NCBI RefSeq assembly: GCF_018977255.1
Contig: NW_024704742.1
Location: forward strand, 27,840,001 to 27,904,000
From: Callorhinchus milii
Taxonomy: Eukaryota
Direction of reading: 5' to 3'
DNA length: 64,000 nt
Under the pieces are notes generated by a model that worked only from the letters and a program-made list of their open reading frames with translations, was not told the origin of the DNA and made no database searches. This document shows, one piece after another, positions 1-13,325 of this stretch (position 1 is the first letter of the stretch; each line of letters starts with the position of its first letter). A program made the position numbers and the translations under genes.

Positions 1-202
1 AACATGAAGAAAGCACACATATTATTAGATTGTTGCAAAAATGAATGCTTTCTTTAAACAAAAAACTGTGTCCCACACGGGCAACACCAGCGCAGGACCA
101 AACAGAATGGCCCGTTTCCACCCCTCACAACATTTGAAGGCCTGGAGATCCGCCAAACCCCAGAATTGCTCACCAGTGTCCTGACTGTGTCTTGGAGCCT
201 GG

Positions 203-465
203 CACCACACACAGAGACACACAGATAGAGAAACACACACACTCAGACACAGAAACGCACACGTATATTCACAGGCAGAGAATAGTGTCATGGGAATAGT
301 GTCACACACATGCACAGAGAGACACAGACACAGTCAGACACAGAAACACACACTCACACATTACAGACAGGAGAGAGACACAGGTACATTCACACAGACA
401 TTCATAAGCACATACATATATAGAGGAGAGACACAGACACACTCACACAGAAACGAACACACACT
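203..465. repeat. Degenerate (CA)n/(GA)n microsatellite tract
   Basis: Runs such as cacacacagagacacacagatagagaaacacacacac recur through the interval. Confidence 0.9.
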
Positions 466-1039
466 GTTTTATCAGAAGGTCCTCCGAGACAGAATTTCAC
501 TTTACATGAAGTAAAATAAGTGGTGATGAGAATGAGTTGCTTTGTAACATTTTGAAAGGTTTTAATACAAATGTAATAATTAAAGAATAGAAGCAAGTAC
601 AAGTAAACATGCTGTTTTTACCATTTGGAGCCAAGCCTGTCCCCAAGGATCTCATATATTCTTTCTTTTATTTAAATCTTTGATATGCAAAATGATTCTT
701 CCTTCTCCCTGTCTGTCTGTCTCCCTGTAATAACTTTCAGATGACAAAGCTATGGACAAGGGCTTTGCATTCCCCAATGCCTGGGGAAAATCTTCACAGT
801 TGAATGATTGAGAACAGTATCACAGACCTGCAGGAGCAGACTCACAGCTCAACCAGCATGTGGCCTGAGCAAAGTGGCAACATGCACTACTAGTATGGCA
901 GATATTTACTTTGCTGCTGTCTCCAGAGATGACAGAAAAAAACACTTTTCCGGTTGGGATTTAGTCACTGCAGAAGTAGCTGTGTATCTTTGGCTGTTGA
1001 GTTTATAGCACAGTCTTGGGGGCAGTCAGCCATAATAAT

Positions 1040-1383
1040 AATAAATATTAATCCTTTCAACTGATATAGCAACTTTCACATCTGGAGATATACTTGATGC
1101 AAAAGACGCTATATAGGTTCAACTTGTTGTTATTTTGCACAATATAGTGACTGTAATTTATTTTGTGGTGAATGCCAATTTGTGCACAGTGGTGTCTCAT
1201 GTCAGGAAGTGAGTGACCAATTTTTAATTGGTGGATTGTTGGCGAGCACATCGGGAGAAACTCCCTTCTGTTTTCGAATAGTACTCTGGGATCTTTAACA
1301 TCGCCTGATGTAGGACTTGAAACAACAACGTTCTGACTCAAAGGCGAGAGTTCTACCAACTGAGCCAGCCAAGCTGACACCAT
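1040..1383 (-). mobile_element. Old tRNA-derived SINE with Deu-type central domain (SacSINE1/DeuSINE-like), internally deleted
   Basis: Minus strand reads gctcagttggtagaactctcgcctttgagtcagaacgttgttgtttcaagtcc (A/B-box head), then gatgttaaagatccc...gggagtttctccc, then a tail ending ggattaatatttattattatt. Confidence 0.75.
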
Positions 1384-2439
1384 AGTACTTATTAATCAGA
1401 GTAAAACAGAAAGATATGTTTGGTAATAGAACGAAGGCACCATGTTGAGTACTTTACACACATTTTACACATAATTCACCTTGATTGGATTATGATGGAG
1501 TTTTGTACTTGAGCAATTCCTCGATTTTAACCTTGAACAAAAGTCCTCAATCTGGTGAATCTCTTCCTTTAATGCATCCATTCTGACTAGCTGGGAGTGA
1601 CTGAGCAGAATCATTCCTTGCACTTTGATCTGTACTCACTCCAAGTGCTGAGTTTTCCAGAAATATTCTTTATTTTTTAACAAAGAAGGGAATTATTTCA
1701 AATTATTGCATTGATGGATGGAAAGAAAAGTAAATAATTCAGCTCCCAGGACGCGGATAAGAGACAGAAAGATGTGGGTGATAAAAGCTTGTTATCTAGA
1801 TCTCCACAAGTTGAGTTTACCAAGGTTTGTGTTTCCTTTTTTTGATATTTAGATAGTTTGCATATTTAAATGAGGCATGTTCTATACAGGGTGTTTGCAT
1901 ACATTTTACACAGCCGTATAAGTTATGATGTATATAGGTTATATTGTATTCTTAAGGCTTGATTTATCTTCTCAGGCAGCAAAGTAGACTGTAGCTTATC
2001 TCAATTCACCGCGCACTTGCATAAAGCAGCTTCACACAAAACTTCTATTCTTCATAGCTGTTCTGACAACATAATCCTCTCTAGCGCAGGCTGTACTGAA
2101 TAAAACAAGTCACCGTTCCTTTGATATTTTGGTCAGAAAAGGAAATAAAAGCCCAACAACACTATCCTTTTTCCTCCTTCTTCTCCCACACTAAAAATAC
2201 CAACTCGATCTGAGAGGAGAATAATTGTGATTACCTAAAATACATTTTTAATGAAAAATAGAGAGTTGCAGCTGGTGTTCATGTGACAACATCTGTTGTA
2301 CCCTTCCCCATGGTCTCCTGCATCTGTCAACAGCAGTGCTATGTGCACAAGAAAACGAAATGTTGGAAGTCTGCAGCATGTCGTTCGACAGCTCAAAAAG
2401 TGTTAGATTCACATTTTGACATCACTTTGCATGTCACAA

Positions 2440-2746
2440 GCCTTCTCCTCCCATTCCACTACTCACCCACTTTGTCAGCTGGCTTTGGTCTTCTGCATGG
2501 CCCCTCCGCACCAGCATTGATTATCATGCTTTCAGCCACTATCCTCCCCAATTCTGGAACGTCCTGCCTCAATCCCTCCGTCTTGCCCCCTTCTTGCCTG
2601 ACTTCAGATCATACCTGAAGAACTTCTTTTCAGCCATGCCTCCAGTCACCGCCTCTCTTCCCGTCTTGACGTCAAGCTCCAAGACTGTTAATTGCTCCCA
2701 GTCGCTACCCTGCGAGAAGGGCTCTTCATAAATATAAGTTATTGTT
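2440..2746 (+). mobile_element. L2 LINE 3' end fragment
   Basis: gctttcagccac...tctggaac...cttcagatcatacctgaaga, ending aagggctcttcataaatataagttattgttg. Confidence 0.7.
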
Positions 2747-3529
2747 GGTTCATGTGCAAAATAACACAGTTGTATGATTTTTTTTATTTGGTGTTACATC
2801 GCCAAAGTGCCTTGAGAAAGAAAGTATCCAGCAAATTTCCTCCTCAGCCGACCCCACCCCAACCCACCAAAAAAAATGCAATAAAAGGAAAGTTCTTGGA
2901 GATAATACAGCATTTACAGCACTCCTGGGTCTTGTGATAATCACGTTTTGTGTAAAGAAAACTCTTGTTCTCCTATGATGTTCAGAGCTGAATTTATGTA
3001 ATATATCTATGTATACAGGGGGAATATATGGTAAGCTGTGTATACTTACCAGCAGCTCTAGTCAGGGAGTCTCTTGATGTGTTGACAGCTCTAGGATCCA
3101 ATATTTCTGCCAACAGGAAGGTGAGAATTAAGATCCAATATTTCTGCAAACAGGGACGCAAAAAACAATAGCAATTCTATTATTTTGTATGTCCAAATAC
3201 AGTACTGCAGTCCAAATGTCACTTAACTTCCAGTCATATGCTTTTATGCTCTTTTCTCCTCTCTAACAGATTTGCCAACTATTCCCCTGCTTTATTGAGA
3301 TACTTTGGTGATTAACCTGGCACAGTGCCAAACTGGACGGTAATTAGTGCCTTGTCATAGCTGAGGCAGTTGAGGTTCTCCTGTTATTTCTTTACATGGC
3401 CTTTATCCTCATTTAACTCTACCTTTATTAGCCTTCAGTTTGCACAGTGGACGATGAATCACATCCAGAGGTAGTAATGTAAATTCCAGGTTGTGTTTGG
3501 TTTCAGATGATCAACTTTTGCATTGAAGT

Positions 3530-3950
3530 GAACTGCTCTCTTGTACCAAGACTAAATGGACATTGTTTAGAAACATTATGCAGGCTGTTGGATGGGGGCT
3601 GCAGAGCGGTGTAGGATATGTACATGCCTAAGTGGAACATGGGCAGATTAAGCACAAACTCACAAAGGGATTTAAGAAATCTAGGAAAAGCTATAAAATT
3701 TGTGGGAAGATGTGTGTCTGAGAGGAGCAAAGAGATCTGGGGGATTCAGATCCACTAATCTTTGAAAGTAGCCACATGGGTAGGTAAGCCTATAAAAAGG
3801 CCAATGGGATATTGGGGAAGGATATAGTATAAAATTGATGTTGAATTTATACAAAACCTTGGTTAGACCACATTTGTAGTATTGTAACCATTTCTGGTCT
3901 CCACACTATGAGAAGGAGATGACAGCAATGGAAAGAGTACAGTGTGCAGA
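3530..3950 (+). mobile_element. CR1 LINE ORF2 C-terminal fragment (decayed)
   Basis: Encodes remnants of ERDLG, LYKTLVRPHLxYC..FWSPH motifs (ggttagaccacatttgtagtattgt...ttctggtctccacac). Confidence 0.8.
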
Positions 3951-4677
3951 GTTACATCTGTACTATTCAACCTTGACCTGCTGATCTCCTAAAAATGACT
4001 TTTCTGCGTCTTACCTCACCTCCCGTCCCCCGGCCCAACAGGACAGACAGGTCCTTTTCCATCAAAACCACGTGGTTAATATAATGTCAATCTGATCACA
4101 CTGAAGGTGAGGACATTACATGTCCACAAAACAATTGGACTGCATGCAATCGACATTGGAATTTGTGAAGAGGTTGCCTCATTGATAACATTTTAATGAA
4201 ACAACAGGCAATGGGTATAATGAAGAGCCAAGGTGTGAAGAAGGCTCTTGAACGTCATAATGAAATCAGGCAGTGATGGCCCTCGCTTTGAAGAGGTAAC
4301 TTTGCATCTATCACTGTTTGAAATGGAAATTATTGCAGCAGCCTCTTTTGTATGCTCTGACAGAGGTGAATTGTTGCTATTAAGCTCATAGATTCAATTA
4401 GAATAGAATGAAAAGGAAAACGAACAATTGGGAAAAATTTAAGAAAGGTTATTTCAAGGATTGAGGTAAATAGAGCATTGATTGACCTGTAATGAGCCCA
4501 AGTACCATTATAAGCAGAGTGTTCCATCACAGCTTAGGGGAAATAGAATAATCCCAGGCATACTGCACGTAGGGAAATCTCCCGCAAGTGGAAGATTGCC
4601 ATTGGAAAAAATTGGAGCTGACAATGTTCCACCTGCTTACTGAAGGAGGAAAAGTGTTAGAGGTGGAGGGTTGGTAA

Positions 4678-5145
4678 TAGTAATAATAATTGCACTTAAT
4701 ATAGCATCTTATCACGTCAAAATGTTTCAACATGCTTCACAGTTTTTCTATAAAGTGTAGCAACTGTATTACAGTAACAGGAACAGTAACAAATTTCATT
4801 TGCAAAGGAAGGTGATTGCGGCAGCCAATTTGTGCACAGCATCGTTGCCACGTGCACTGTTGAAGTGCAGGATTACTCAAGAGCTGGTGGATTGTTTGCC
4901 AGGACACCAGGAGAAACTCCTCATTTTGAATAGTATCATGGGATTGTTAACATCAGCCTGAACAGGCAGAGGGGATCTCAGTTTAAGATTCCATCTGAAA
5001 GATGGCACCTTTGGCAATGCAGCATTCCTCCAGTGTTATATAGAAGTACCAGCCTAGATTATAAACTGAAAGTCCCAATATAGGGCTTGAAGCCACAACC
5101 TTCCAAACCAAAGGCAAGAGTGCTATCTACTGAGCTTGGCTGACA
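4678..5145 (-). mobile_element. Old Deu-type tRNA SINE, near full length
   Basis: Tail taataataataattgcacttaatatagc; body gccaggacaccaggagaaactcc and gaaagatggcacc; head cacaaccttc...ggcaagagtgctatctactgagc. Confidence 0.8.
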
Positions 5146-5269
5146 ACTGGTAAAAATGGTTTGTGGTGAGACATCACCAAAAACCACACTGGAATTCATC
5201 CATCAATATAGTTCTGTTCAAAATTAATAGAATTAAATCTAAATATATCCTAATATGCTCACATTCCAT

Positions 5270-6430
5270 TCCATAACCCACCACCTTTCCGCAACTGGCT
5301 TGTATCTTTTGCACATGCCTCATCCCTCCACTCCATAATTGCCTGGCATGCTTTCAGATACTATCCTTTGAATCTCTGGAACTCTCTGCCTCAATCCCTC
5401 TGTCTTGCCCCCTCTTTGGCCATCTTCAAATCACACCTGAAGACTTTCCTCTTCGACCATGCCTTAGGATACTTCCCCTCTCTTTCCAACTCAATGTCAA
5501 TCTACACCCCTGTTAAGTGCTTCAAACCCACCACCTGTTCCCTCGATCCCATCCCCACCTCTCTCCTCATCTCCCAGCTCCACCTTCTGGCTCCTCTCCT
5601 GTCTGACGTCATCAACCTCTTCTTGTCCACCGGTTCAGTTCCCACCCCCCTAAAAACAGCCGTCATCAACCCCATCTTGAAAAAACCTTTCCTGGATCCA
5701 TCCCTTCTCTCCAACTACTGCCCCATCTCTAATCTTCCAATCCTCTCCAAGGTCCTGGACCGAGTCGCTGCATCCCAGCTCTGCTCCTTTCTTGCCATTC
5801 CCTCTTTGAACCCCTCCAATCCGGTTTCCACAGCACGGAAACAGCCCTGGGCAAAGTCACTAATGACCTTCTGAACATCTGTGATCAGGGCTCCCTTGTC
5901 CTCCTCGACCTCTCTGCCCCCTTCGACACTGTTGGTCACTCTATCTTTATACACCTCCTCTCTACTTAATCTTCACAGACCTGTGATCAGGGCTCCTCCT
6001 TGTCCTCCTCGACCTCTCTGCCACCTTCGACACTGTTGGTCACTCTATCTTCATACACCTCCTCTCTACTTAATCTTCACAGACCTGCCCTTGCCTGGTT
6101 CGATTCCTATCTCTCTCACCATCTCCACTTTGTTGCCTCTAACGGTTTCTCCTCCAGCCCCCGCACTGTCACATCTGGCGTCCCCCAGGCTCTGTCCTTG
6201 GCCCTCTCCTCTATAATATCTACTTGCTCCCCCTTGGTGACATCATCCGCAGATATGGGATCAACTTCCATTTGTATGCGGATGGCACCCACCTCTATCT
6301 TTCTGCCTCCACCCTCAACTCCAGTACCACTGCTGTCCTGACAGACTGTCTGTCGGACATAAAGTCCTGGATGAGGGCAAATTTCCTACAGTTGAATGTG
6401 AACAAGACTGAGCACTTCCTGATTGGCTCA
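5270..6430 (+). mobile_element. L2 LINE fragments: a 3' piece followed by an RT-domain piece with an internal tandem duplication
   Basis: ORF track shows [51 protein letters not shown] and WMRANFLQLNVNKTE, all frameshifted. Confidence 0.9.
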
Positions 6431-6695
6431 CAAGTTTCCTTACTCCACATGTGTCTGTTTACCTAGCAGTAAGTAGGAACCCGGTTGTTAGTCGATTGGC
6501 AGATTGGTTTTCCGGGGGTAATAATTCCTTAAAAAAAAATTGGTCACCAAATCTACGACTGTTTGTGAGACACTGCTGTGCACAATTGGCTCCCACTCAT
6601 AAAATATACAGTCAATTCACTTTACAGTATATTCTGTGAAGCGTTTTGGGATGTTGCGAAAATGTGATAAGGCACTATCTCCTATTATTATTATT
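6431..6695 (+). mobile_element. Young tRNA-derived SINE, 5'-truncated, long variant
   Basis: caagtttccttactccac...tgtttacctagcagtaagtaggaacccgg...tacagtcaattcactttacag...(tat)n tail. Confidence 0.85.
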
Positions 6696-6841
6696 GTTAT
6701 ACGTGCTAAAGATACATGGGATATAACTTAGCTCCTATTTAACGTGCTGCCGAGAACTCTTTTAGGATGTTGCCTCTGATGAGTTGTTTTGGTCTCGTCC
6801 CGAATCATCTTGAAACAAAAGCAGTAATTTGTGGGGCTTTG

Positions 6842-7420
6842 CTAGAATAGTTTAATAGTTCTATCCTGTCCTTGACTGATACTATTATCTATACATTCCC
6901 TGAGCCTCAGGGGAGTGACTGGTTCCAGGATGAAACTATCCAGGAAGCACTCACTGTCCCTGATCCTGCGCAATGTCCGCACCTCGGATTCCAGCTCAGA
7001 CACAGTGAGCTGGAGATGCCTCAGTTGCAGACATTTGCTGCGGATGTGGTCGCCCGGGCTCAGACTGCCCTCCAGCAAATCCCACATGTTACAGTCCTCG
7101 CACACCTGCCACGCCATTGTCACCTCTCCCACCCCCTCCTGTGAATTCAAGTTTTATTTAATTAATTATTATTATTTTTGTAAGTTAAATTCTTAATTAA
7201 TCTTTTTTCAATTTATTTTATTTTTAGTGTTGTTAATTAGTAGTTAGTGTTAGTTTACTGTTAGTTAGTAGTTAGTGTCAGCTGTTAGTTTACTCTTTCA
7301 AAATGTTTTTATTGTGACGTCGCTTTGACGTTACTTTTTAATTTTATCGCTGGTCGCTTGTTTTTTTATCTCTCTCCTGCCTCTGCTCCTGACTGGCTGA
7401 CTGCTCTCCTCGCTGTGGCT
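6842..7420 (-). mobile_element. CR1 LINE 5' end: 5'UTR plus ORF1 N-terminus (zinc-finger/leucine-zipper region)
   Basis: ORF 6842-7150 (-) reads VCEDCNMWDL...RSKCLQLRHLQLTVSELESEVRTLRRIRDSECFLDS. The CxxCxM...KC..L...ELE...TLR.IR..E.FLD pattern is typical of vertebrate CR1 ORF1. An A-rich UTR lies upstream. Confidence 0.7.
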
Positions 7421-7934
7421 TTTATCTTTTATTCCATCATATGACCCAAGAATGTCACACGTCAGAAACCACTTCCTATTGATCTCTGTGAAGCCCATCT
7501 AATTTTCATCGTACAGTATGACTTCAAACTTCCTTTTGTCTTGAGCTAAGCCAAATGTAGGATAAAGGTTGAATGCAATTTTATTTCTGTGATCGTGTTA
7601 TTGAAATTCACACTCGAATATATATTTTCCTAGAAGGTCATGTGGTAGCGTACATATTAGAAATGTCCTGGTTCGGAGTTATTTACAGGATACCCTTAAT
7701 TGTCTTTATCACAATTATATAAAGAAGTTCTTGCCTCCTTCCCCTTCCAAGGGTGAACTTAGAGAGTACTGCTAATCCATCAATGTTTGTTATGTGGCAA
7801 AATGTGGGGTATTAAACCCCCTCCTCCAAGTACTTTGGTGAAAATGATGGATGGCCCCTGAGTTAGAACATTTCACATATATTATTTTGAAGCACCTATT
7901 GTCACGGTTTCTGAAAGCAATAGTGTTGCACACA

Positions 7935-8280
7935 TACAATACAATTTGCATTTATATAAGTGCCTTTCACGTCAGGAAGACATGTCAAAGCTCTTTACTT
8001 AACTGGCTGGATGCCCAAGCAGGGGTTTGGCAGTGGGAGAGGGGAAGCTGAAGAGGGTGGGGGAAAAAATAATTGAAGGTACAGTCAAGTAAGTCTTGAG
8101 GTGAGCTTTGTAAGTGGGGAGGGAGGAGGTGAGTCAAAAGGACTCCCAGATGCAGTTCCAGAGAGTGGCAGCAGAATGACTGAACGTTTGCCCACCGAAC
8201 TGATGATCATTGAGCGAAGGGAGCGCCAGAACTATAGGATTGCAGGAGGTCACAGATGGTAGGGCACAATGATGGGAACT
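7935..8280 (-). mobile_element. L2 LINE 3' end fragment
   Basis: acaatacaatttgcatttatataagtgcctttcacg tail; gcagttccagagagtgg body. Confidence 0.7.
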
Positions 8281-8804
8281 AGATGCCCTTTTCGTAGATT
8301 TTTATGCACATCTTTGAAAATGCCTTTGCATGCACTGCTGTATTTGAATGTTTCTCTTCACCTTGTTCCAAACAACAACAACTTGCATTTAAATAGTGCC
8401 CCTCGCGCAAGGTAATGTATCAGAGCGCTTGAATAAGTCTACGAGGCTAACATTTTCCCTGTAAACATCTCAAGTGCTTTATAGTTTACTATACTTGGGT
8501 AATATTTCCCATTCAACAGTATACAATGCACTGTACAACTACTTGGCACTGTCACTGATGACTCAAAAAGATTGACATTTAAGAATTAAAATTTTTTATA
8601 GTTTCTGTTTTTTTTAACTGATTGATCAATTAAAAAAGTGTGCAGTTATATTGAGTACATACCACCTGTACAGATTTGCCAGTCATTCAGTGCACATTAT
8701 GGAAGCATTTAGATGCTGCGTGATTGACAGCTAAGCAGAGCAAGTGGAAAATTGCCTTAGTGCTTTGTGCATTGAGGGCCATAAAACAGAAATATAATTG
8801 AAAC

Positions 8805-8940
8805 TTTTTTTTTGGTCTGCCAGGTGTCTGACACGTGCGGAAACTCATGCTTAAGAGTATCCAAACCAAACAAAGTTCCATGCCTCCGACCTACAAATGG
8901 AAATTCCAGTGATATTTATTGGAATGAATGCACACTCGGG
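8805..8940 (-). repeat. Unclassified poly(A)-tailed repeat, copy A (3' part)
   Basis: (t)9 ggtctgccaggtgtctgacacgtgcggaaac...aagagtatccaaacc is shared with the copies at 12.6, 30.5, 39.1, 53.3 and 63.0 kb. Confidence 0.8.
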
Positions 8941-9019
8941 AACTGGACTAACGAGACCACCAGAGAGGGTGGGCTCGATTCTGACATTCGTTACCAAACG
9001 TGTTGACTTGGAGCCATTG

Positions 9020-9420
9020 GTGGACTATATAGATAACTTCAGGAACTGGAGGAACTGGGCCTATTTTTACAGAAACAAAGAACCTTGAGGGATAACTTGA
9101 TAGGGGACTTTAAAATTATGAGGAGTTTTGAGAGAGTCAGTAGGGAGAAATTATTTCTACTGGTCAGTGAGTTAGCAACGAGAGGGCATCAATTTAAGAT
9201 GATTAGCAAAAGAACAAAGAAGAAGATTAAAAGGAATTTTTTTACACAGAGAGTTGTTAGGATGTGGATGCCCTGTTTGGAATGGTGATCAAGGCAGGAT
9301 CCATATTTTCAAGAGGGAACTGGATAGATATCTAGAAAGGAATGATTTGCGGGTGTATGGGGAAAAGACAGGTAAATGTGACTGAATGAATTGCTTTTTC
9401 AAAGGGCAACACAGAGATCT
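9020..9420 (+). mobile_element. CR1 LINE 3' end
   Basis: LEELGLF, DLIGDFKIM, TRGHQFK and RNFFTQRVVRMW motifs (ORF 9085-9288), followed by a CR1-type 3'UTR. Confidence 0.85.
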
Positions 9421-9479
9421 ATTATGCCTGTTTTACTCATTCGAAAGAGTAATCCAAAAGCACTCCTGAGGGAGAAATC

Positions 9480-9660
9480 AAAAAATCTCATGTGTTGGAA
9501 ATCTAAATAAAAGAAAACCAGTAAAAATGTAAGAATGAATCAAAGCTGTATCGGTGTTTGAAAGAGAAAGATAGGCTAATGTTTTGGCTTTGATCATTCA
9601 GAGGAACCTTTCTATTTTCATCACTGCTGCATTGGTTGTAACATTTTATCTTTGATTTAG
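9480..9660. mobile_element. Highly decayed Penelope-type pseudo-LTR remnant
   Basis: tgttggaaatctaaataaaag...gaaagagaaagataggctaatgttttgg resembles the element at 27281-27460. Confidence 0.35.
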
Positions 9661-10499
9661 TGATAGAAAAATATGAGCTGCTTTTACATTCTTCTATTAA
9701 TTTATGATCAGTAGCCATTAGTGCATAACAAGACAAAACAATGTACTGTATCTTGAGACTCAGCACTCAAGTTGTGTAATATGCTTTTTTTGTGTGACAT
9801 GGGAGGGCTGTGCATTTCAATGCACACAGGAAACCTGAGTTGCAGTACTCCTGTAACCTTCATTGTACAACATTTGCCAGGACTTGGGCATTACTGAGGG
9901 GAATGTTTTGTGGTAGGAAAGTGTGAATTCACAAGCTCAGTACCAAAGTGCAGAAAAGATGTCTCAGAGGGTAGCATATTGAGGTGTATAAATAGGATTG
10001 AGAAAGTAAACCCACGATAATATTTTCAGATATGCCAAGGCAATAGTACAGGACGCTTCAGGTGTAAGAAACAGATGGATGCCCTAATGGGGAGAAGGTA
10101 TGATTGAATTGGAGAGAGGACCATCTTCAACCGTACCATTGTTGTGATTTTGATAGATACAGCTACTTGGTCATCAAATCCCATGAGTTGGGACCATCCT
10201 GTAATGGTAAAGATGCAGGGACCGAAGTACTGAATAAGAGTAAAAAACGGTATGCAATGTACAGTTGGATACATCAAAACATTATACAGTAGAATACAAA
10301 CTATAAAATTGCAAGCTACACAGGAAGAGTGCTTGTGCTGCACCAGCTTATCCTAATTAAAACGTGTCAGTCTCAAATCAATCGATGCAGCTTTTTAAAA
10401 CCACAACTGAAATCATAGGAAGCATTAAAGTAATACATTGTAAAGGTGCCTCCATCACTGTAAAGATGCTTACAATGCTTACATTCATTCATTAAGTAG

Positions 10500-10805
10500 A
10501 GGTTGCTTAGGGCGCTGAATTCTTGGGAATGCCGTACTTCGGATGAGATATTAAACTCAGTTCCTGTCTGTCTGTTCAGGTGATGTTAAAGATCCCATGA
10601 CACTATTCAATAAGAGAAGGGAGTTTCTCCTGGTGTCCCGGCCAGCAATCCCTCAAATAAAATTAGTAATTCCCACATGGCTGTTTGTGAAACATTGCTG
10701 TGCACAATTTAGCTGTCGCATTGCCTGTAAATACACTTCACAGTAACATTTGTTTGAAATGTTTTGATGATGTGAAAAGGCATTGTATCAAATGCAAAGA
10801 TTTTA
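10500..10805 (+). mobile_element. Old Deu-type SINE (body and tail)
   Basis: tgccgtacttcggatgagatattaaac...aaagatcccatgacactattc...gggagtttctcctggtgtcccggcc...tatcaaatgcaaag. Confidence 0.8.
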
Positions 10806-12583
10806 TATTTATATTAGACTCTGGCATTTTAGGTTTGTACACAATCTTGTTGATGAATGTAATGAAGTATAATGATTTGAAAGCCATGAACAGAATTTGG
10901 TATTATCAGGCAGAGTATATTATTGAATCCTTAGCTCAACAAATGCTCCTTTTAAAAGGATATAATTTATTCCAAGTAAAACGTGTAATGCACTTATTGC
11001 TAAAAGCATTCAGTCTGCTATTTTGTACAATGTACTTTCAATTGGGAATGTATTCTCTCCAGGTTTTATTTCCCCCTGTGATGATTTAGGAAGCACAAAA
11101 ACATTACGTACTATTCTGCACCTCATGAATCAAACCACATTTCTGAATTTATTTGTCACTTATCATTTTAATAAAAAATTATGCAGATAATTGATGTGCA
11201 ATCAGTTCAGTGCGCGGGCAGAGATGATATTCGCAGCTTCCATAAATGAATGGCTATGGATGTGAATATGAAAAAGTAGACATATTATTTATTGTATGAT
11301 TCCATTACAGACTTTGGGATGTAATCTGTTGCTAATCGAACTGGGGATGAATCTGCTGATCTATCATAGATCAAGCTGCAGATATCTCATGAGCAAGTGA
11401 CAAACCCATATATAAAAATTTGTCTCCAAATCGGTGCTGAGGATTATAGAGAAATATTATTTTTCATATAATCTTGCTCCGAGGTAGGTAGCCTGTTTGC
11501 TTGAATGCCTCCCTCGCTGCCTTTTCTCCTTCTCTTGCTGTCAGTCATACCGCTGCTATTCACTGGATTCATTTCATAGGTCTGTACCATTGTCATTTTC
11601 CTGCGTAGATCACTTCCCTGCCTGATTTCTGATGATTTAATTACTCATACTGATACCACCAGCAGTGTTTTGTAATCCTTCATTATTCTCATTGTATTAA
11701 GGACTAGTTTTGCTGTCTGTATCATATCAGGTAACTGTCAACAGTTTGACAATTGATCCTCTTTCTGTGAATGAAAAAATGTCAACAAGAAATTTAGGAA
11801 TTCTAAAAATAAATATATTTGGAGCAATTTTGAACCATGTTTCAGCTGCCACATGGATTATTATAACAATACTTACATTTGTTACAGCTTCTTTCAGTTC
11901 ATGTCTCAAAGTGCATAACATGATATACTGTAAAGTATAGTGACTGTATTTTGTAGGTGACTATGGCAGCTAATTTGCACACACAGCAATGTTCTTGAAA
12001 CAGCCATGAAGTGAATCTCTCTATGATCTTTTTGTTCATAAACCATTATCATTAGTCTGTCAAAACTACAGATAGGCCGGAGTGCGTGACCTCTCCCACT
12101 CCCGTCCCCTTTTGAGTTTGAAGTTACTCACTTGGCCCATCATGGAGTGCTGTTCATGAAACATGTTAACTCAACAACCAGAAGCAAGACAGAATCTCCA
12201 GGCTGGTAAATCTAATGGCCATTTTTGAGCTCATCTATAGTACTTTGATGGAGTCAGAGTGGGAGAGGTGGAGAGAGATCCTTGGCACATCCTCTTTACA
12301 TGAAAGGCACTAGATAAATGTAAATGTATATCTTAGTCTTTAGATGTCAACTGACCTTGCTTGACTGTGTTAATCAGCAATGTGATAATCAAAAGAACAC
12401 AGATTGTAAATTTCACCTTGATATTTCTTTCATAATAAGCCTCCATTCCATCAGTATATAATCATTTGGTCCAGATACACAGTTATTTAATTCTAAGACA
12501 ATTCATGTACTTGACGTGGAAGGTGTCAGCAGCTTAGACAAACATTTGAAGTGGATGAAATATAAAAGGACATGGTGAAATAA

Positions 12584-12645
12584 TTTGTTTTGGTCAGCCG
12601 GGTGTCTGACACTTGCGGAAATCCATCGCTATGCTTAAGCGCATG
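12584..12645 (-). repeat. Unclassified poly(A)-tailed repeat, copy B (extreme 3' end)
   Basis: ttttggtcagccgggtgtctgacacttgcggaaatccatcgctatgcttaag. Confidence 0.75.
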
Positions 12646-12819
12646 GTAAATGAACAGAGATTTGGTATTCAGTAATTTATTCCAGTGGAGGTTTGCTATC
12701 CTTTCATTAATTTTCATAAACTGATAAATGATAACTTGTATCTTAGTGCCTATTTTTATAGCTTGGAATCTTAATTTTTAACTGTTTCCTCTACATCTGC
12801 TACTGACTGCTAGGAAGGT

Positions 12820-13325
12820 GGTGTCAGCATAGCTTCTTACCTTTAGCAATTTACCTCTGACTCAGAAGGTTGTTGGTTCAAGTGTTCTGAGACGCCGTCC
12901 GGTTTGAAGGGCGCTATATAACTACAAGTTGTTATTAGTTCATGACCGACATTGGGATTTTAACTCATAATCCAGATTAATACTCTCATAGAGATCTTAG
13001 GTGCGCTACATTCTTAGAGGTGCTGCCTTTGTACGAGACGGTAAAATGAGGTCCTGTCGGCCTTTTCAGGTTGACGTTAAAGGTATTACTTGAGAAGAAA
13101 AGTAGAGTTTCTTCTGGTCTCCTAGCCATCAATCCCCCAGATAAAATTGATCAGTCATTTCATGACAATTTGCGAGGTATTGCTGTGCACAAAACTGACT
13201 TGCATGTTTGCTTGCAGAGTGCCCTGTCACTGGACTTTGCCGTAGATTCCTGCGAAGCACTTTGAGACTTTGAGACCCGACACGAAGGACGCTTTATCAA
13301 ATACAACATTTTATATTTTCATCAT
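12820..13325 (+). mobile_element. Old Deu-type SINE interrupted by a short L2 tail (12882-12936)
   Basis: Head cctctgactcagaaggttgttggttcaag; insert ...gaagggcgctatataactacaagttgttatt; Deu body gagacggtaaaatgaggtcctgtc. Confidence 0.75.

Noticed and set aside
2838..2870. PPQPTPPQP as the formin FH1 exon
   Set aside because: It is too short, lacks the following FH2 start motif, and has no supporting splice sites.
6776..6818. Hammerhead-like ctgatgag...gaaac
   Set aside because: I could not form stems I-III around the cores.
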